DNA of 36,548 nucleotides from an uncultured Bacilli bacterium (GTDB lineage Bacteria; Bacillota_I; Bacilli_A; RF39; UBA660): NCBI GenBank assembly GCA_944371435.1, contig CALVXQ010000002.1, positions 1 to 36,548 of the forward strand, read 5' to 3'. Shown piece by piece: positions 34,880 to 36,548 of this stretch (position 1 is its first letter; each line of letters starts with the position of its first letter). The notes under the pieces were generated by a model. It saw only the letters and a program-made list of their open reading frames with translations, ran no database searches and was not told where the DNA came from. The position numbers and the translations under genes were made by a program.

Positions 34880-35900
34880 AAAGTTTAGGATCTACTAATA
34901 TTTTAATTGCACTATCAGTACCACTAGTTAATCTTTCATAAGCATTTTGAACTTTTTCATAAGGAATAATATCATCGATAAACTTTTTAACTTCTATTTG
35001 ACCAGTAGCAATCATATCAACACATCTAACAAATTCATCTTTCGTATAACCAATAGCACCCTTAACAGTTAATTCATTCATTACGGCAAGAACTGTAGGT
35101 ACAGATATTGCTTGGGTTGCAACACCTACTAGAACAACTGTTCCTCCTGGTCTTACTGTAGCAAAAGCACTAGTTACAGCGGCACTGTTGCCACAACATT
35201 CGATTACAACATCATATCCACCATGACTATCATTTATAGCTTCGTTAATCATATTCTGATTAGTTGCGTCATAACATTTTTCAGCCACACCAAGATATAA
35301 TGACTTTTGACCACGTTTTAAGTTTGCTTCACTCAAATTAACAACGCTAGCGCCTTCTTTTCTAGCTAGTAAAGCACTTAATAAACCGATTATACCGCCA
35401 CCGATTACTAGTACTTTAGCGCCTAATTTAATATCAGCTAAATGAACTGCATGCAATGCTACAGCGGTTGGTTCGACCATTGCCATTGTAGCAGCTTCGA
35501 CATTTTCAGGGACTTTAACAACCATATCTGGACGAACTAATATCTTTTCACATAAAGCACCATTTCGCGTTAAAGAAAGGCCAACTGCATCAGCCCAAGT
35601 CTCACGACAGTATTGAGGATTACCACTTTCACAAGCTTGACACTTTCCACAAGGAGAAATAGGTAGCCCTGTTACCAAATCTCCTACTTTTAAATCATCT
35701 CTATTACCAGGATCAATTACTTTACCACAAAATTCATGACCCATGACTAAACCTTTTGGTTCCCCCATTTCAAAATAATGTAAATCAGAACCACATATAC
35801 CTGACATAATAACTTCGATAAGAACATCATCAGATTTCTTAGGTTCTTCTATTTCTTTAACAACTAACTTTCTTTTATCTTCTAAAACAACTGCTTTCAT
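34878..35900 (-). CDS. Zn-dependent alcohol/polyol dehydrogenase (MDR family)
   Basis: GICGSDLH, GHEFCGKV, the structural-Zn cysteines CGKCQACESGNPQYC, and the Rossmann motif VIGGGIIG. The ATG at 35900 lies 5 nt after AGGTGA. The track start is a GTG in the RBS. Confidence 0.9.
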   Translation of the reverse strand: MKAVVLEDKRKLVVKEIEEPKKSDDVLIEVIMSGICGSDLHYFEMGEPKGLVMGHEFCGKVIDPGNRDDLKVGDLVTGLPISPCGKCQACESGNPQYCRETWADAVGLSLTRNGALCEKILVRPDMVVKVPENVEAATMAMVEPTAVALHAVHLADIKLGAKVLVIGGGIIGLLSALLARKEGASVVNLSEANLKRGQKSLYLGVAEKCYDATNQNMINEAINDSHGGYDVVIECCGNSAAVTSAFATVRPGGTVVLVGVATQAISVPTVLAVMNELTVKGAIGYTKDEFVRCVDMIATGQIEVKKFIDDIIPYEKVQNAYERLTSGTDSAIKILVDPKL

Positions 35901-36053
35901 TATTATCACCTATTTTAATCATAACACAAAATATTAGTTATTTTACTAAACTTCTTAAAAATTTACTTTATCTTGACAAAATAATAAATAAGTCGTCTTT
36001 TCTATTTTTATTCCTAAGCACTACCATTAATTGCTACTACCTTCATAAATTTA

Positions 36054-36266
36054 CTAGTACCAATCATGTTTTTCCCCACGATCTAAGGCATTAATTTTGT
36101 TCATTTCTTCATCGGTTAATGCAAAGTGATATATTTCAGTATTTTCTTTAATATGTTCGGGATTACTAGAACCTGGAATTACGACAACTCCCTTTTGTAA
36201 GTTCCAACGAATAATTACCTGAGCTGAAGATACATTATGATTTTGAGCAATCTCCACAATCGTTTC
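36054..36266 (-). pseudogene. Aldo-keto reductase, C-terminal remnant only
   Basis: ..ETIVEIAQNHNVSSAQVIIRWNLQKGVVVIPGSSNPEHIKENTEIYHFALTDEEMNKINALDRGEKHDWY* is the last ~70 aa of a ~280-aa fold. The frame closes at a stop just upstream, and the N-terminal three-quarters are absent. Confidence 0.75.
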
Positions 36267-36548
36267 ATGGAAATAAGAACTTTAAAATATTTTCTAGCCG
36301 TTACTAGAGAACAAAGCATTTTAGGAGCTGCAAAACACTTACACTTATCCCAACCTACCTTATCTAGACAATTAAAGGAATTAGAAAATAATTTAGGTAA
36401 ACAATTATTTATAAGAGGAAATAAGAAAATAACTCTAACAGAAGAGGGAATGTTATTTAAAAAAAGAGCTGAGGAAATAATCGATTTAGTTAATAAAACT
36501 GAAATTGAAATGAGCAGCAGTAACGAAAATATCAATGGCTGTGTTTAT
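36267..36548 (+). CDS. LysR-family transcriptional regulator (5' partial, runs off the window)
   Basis: MEIRTLKYFLAVTREQSILGAAKHLHLSQPTLSRQLKELENNLGKQLFIRGNKKITLTEEG is a canonical LysR wHTH. Open to the window end. Absent from the ORF track because no stop codon falls in the window. Confidence 0.85.
   Translation, partial: MEIRTLKYFLAVTREQSILGAAKHLHLSQPTLSRQLKELENNLGKQLFIRGNKKITLTEEGMLFKKRAEEIIDLVNKTEIEMSSSNENINGCVY

Noticed and set aside
1-36548. CRISPR arrays, rRNA genes, IS elements, and riboswitch leaders (for example yybP-ykoY upstream of the metal-exporter-like gene at 32485).
   Set aside because: No regularly spaced direct repeats, rRNA-like conserved blocks or transposase ORFs were seen. 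The gap upstream of the exporter-like gene is only 39 nt, too short for a riboswitch.

Overview
Very AT-rich chromosomal segment (roughly a quarter to 30% GC by eye, not computed) that reads in the standard genetic code. It comes from an endospore-forming Firmicute (Clostridia/Erysipelotrichia-like; the species cannot be named from sequence alone). Core content, in order: an orphan hybrid sensor kinase; an acyl-CoA-synthetase operon; a sporulation/germination cluster (spoIIIAH-like, gerE, gerM-like, and a GerA-type receptor in A-C-B order); frr; several small membrane-anchored proteins; tRNA-Arg(ACG); a LiaF/LiaG-like pair; an Erm/KsgA-family methyltransferase; a CIRCE-controlled hsp20; hup; spoIVA; tRNA-Thr(CGU); rubrerythrin; a minimal SufC/SufB-like pair with a TetR regulator; a Zn-dependent dehydrogenase; an aldo-keto-reductase remnant; and the 5' end of a LysR regulator. 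Between spoIVA (start 21984) and tRNA-Thr (30926-31001) lies about 8.8 kb of accessory, partly decaying DNA, and three same-orientation repeat units mark cassette boundaries in the part next to tRNA-Thr (25484-30932). This region holds the most interesting candidates. The first is a single-gene cassette whose product has an H-Y-E ADP-ribosyltransferase-like motif triad. The second is a repeat-bounded ABC-2 transporter island with three permease-like subunits, a membrane-anchored 140-aa protein and a small paralogous gene family. The third is an operon of ADP-ribosylglycohydrolase, a thymidylate-kinase paralogue and a small immunity-like protein. Removing the ABC island would put the ART-like gene directly upstream of the glycohydrolase, so a split toxin/antidote-type ADP-ribosylation module is the lead hypothesis. 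It rests on motifs and gene context only. Other observations: a GC-rich gene-relic repeat family (3 copies), a four-hairpin element overlapping a possible 28-aa hydrophobic ORF, a perfect palindromic operator behind the suf promoter, and two tRNAs with non-canonical stem pairs. I saw no CRISPR array, IS element, integrase, rRNA or phage structural genes. All functional calls come from remembered family motifs, not from searches.
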